This document shows positions 42,224-42,702 of a stretch of DNA of 42,702 nt, in pieces; the stretch's first letter is position 1; every line of letters begins with the position of its first letter. The notes under the pieces are model-generated. The model did not search any database and had not been told where the DNA came from. It saw only the letters and a program-made list of their open reading frames with translations. Made by a program: the position numbers and the translations under genes. The stretch comes from Candidatus Moranbacteria bacterium GW2011_GWC2_37_8 (GTDB lineage: Bacteria > Patescibacteriota > Minisyncoccia > Moranbacterales > GWC2-37-73): positions 705 through 43,406 of the forward strand of contig LBTS01000001.1 of assembly GCA_000992165.1 (NCBI GenBank). Direction: 5' to 3'.

Positions 42224-42577
42224 CTAGAAGCTCTTTGAATTACCACCAAGCAAACTTTTTACAGCTTGAATTATAATGACTCCCAAAAGGGCAACGATAA
42301 TACCGATGATAGAGTTGATCATAGTTCTCTTACCGCGATCGATTTGTCCTTCATCTCCAGCAGCAGTAAGATAGATGATACCTGCAATCACGAAACCGAT
42401 AACCCCGAGAATTCCAACAATAATCAATAGCCAATTCATTCCGCTAGTGATGATTCCCAAAAGACTTCCTGCTGGCAAACCTGTTCCTGTCGGTTCCTGA
42501 AATTGAGCAGAAACTGCAGCTGGTGCCAAGGCAACAGCAGAAGTCACTACATAGAAAAACTTTTTTATCTTGTTCAT
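42224..42577 (-). CDS. TrbC/VirB2-like (T4SS-pilin-type) small membrane protein
   Basis: Start at MNKIKKFF is preceded by AGGAGG 7 nt upstream. Signal peptide ...AAVSA|QF, a short ectodomain, then the conserved two-TM domain. Confidence 0.8.
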   Translation of the reverse strand: MNKIKKFFYVVTSAVALAPAAVSAQFQEPTGTGLPAGSLLGIITSGMNWLLIIVGILGVIGFVIAGIIYLTAAGDEGQIDRGKRTMINSIIGIIVALLGVIIIQAVKSLLGGNSKSF

Positions 42578-42702
42578 ATTCGCACCTCCTTTCGCCAAAT
42601 TTCTCAAAATCTAAGATTTTGCAAGAAATTTGAGCGTCCGCCAATTTTTCTAACAACAATTCGCAAGCAAATAGCAAACGAGACGAAGTCGGAACCCGTG
42701 AA

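Noticed and set aside
1-42702. Alternative genetic code, i.e. UGA recoding as in some CPR lineages.
   Set aside because: All recognisable genes are full length under the standard code, with family-typical termini, and they show no apparent in-frame-stop fragmentation.

Overview
AT-rich bacterial window (about one-third G+C by eye), standard genetic code, mostly minus-strand coding. The gene content suggests a Patescibacteria/CPR-like organism; this is an inference, not a search result. Evidence: a type IV pilus machine with very large pseudopilins, tandem TrbC/VirB2-like 'T4SS pilin' paralogs, small GIY-YIG and four-helix-bundle genes, and a lean housekeeping set.

Layout:
- 1-606: 3' part of a VanW-domain gene.
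- 662-1451: promoter, then tRNA-Lys(CUU), tRNA-Arg(UCU), tRNA-His(GUG), tRNA-Arg(UCG) and terminators. A hairpin-rich ~120-nt insert duplicates the tRNA-Arg(UCU) 3' end.
- 1475-12434 (minus): histidine kinase, receiver, pilB, pilC, two prepilin-type proteins, a PilX-like protein, pilM, pilN, pilO and a small membrane protein.
- 12586-21984: ychF, thiI, ECF sigma factor plus membrane protein, pepF, alr, nth, a VOC-family protein and a ferritin-like protein.
- 22.0-28.97 kb: accessory island. It holds an AbiEi/AbiEii pair bracketed by a ~50-bp direct repeat, a small orphan gene, and a GC-rich hairpin-dense non-coding stretch. It also holds a ~4.35-kb element (three orphan genes plus a large serine recombinase) bounded by a 14-bp direct repeat that is part of tRNA-Pro(UGG). 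Duplicated hairpins and a small GIY-YIG gene follow.
- 29053-39545: CHASE4-PAS sensor without an output domain, hup, rny, gpmI, clpP, tig, ppaC and nusA.
- 39699-42577: truncated four-helix-bundle gene, then three tandem paralogs sharing a TrbC/VirB2-like two-TM C-terminal domain behind very different ectodomains.

Two other signals stand out. A GC-rich ~150-180-nt structured repeat occurs twice (15128-15305 and 33191-33343) with compensatory changes. Many intergenic spacers are built from short, stop-codon-rich 'word' repeats whose families recur at different loci. No CRISPR array or rRNA gene was seen. All homology calls come from motif recognition by eye; no database search was run.
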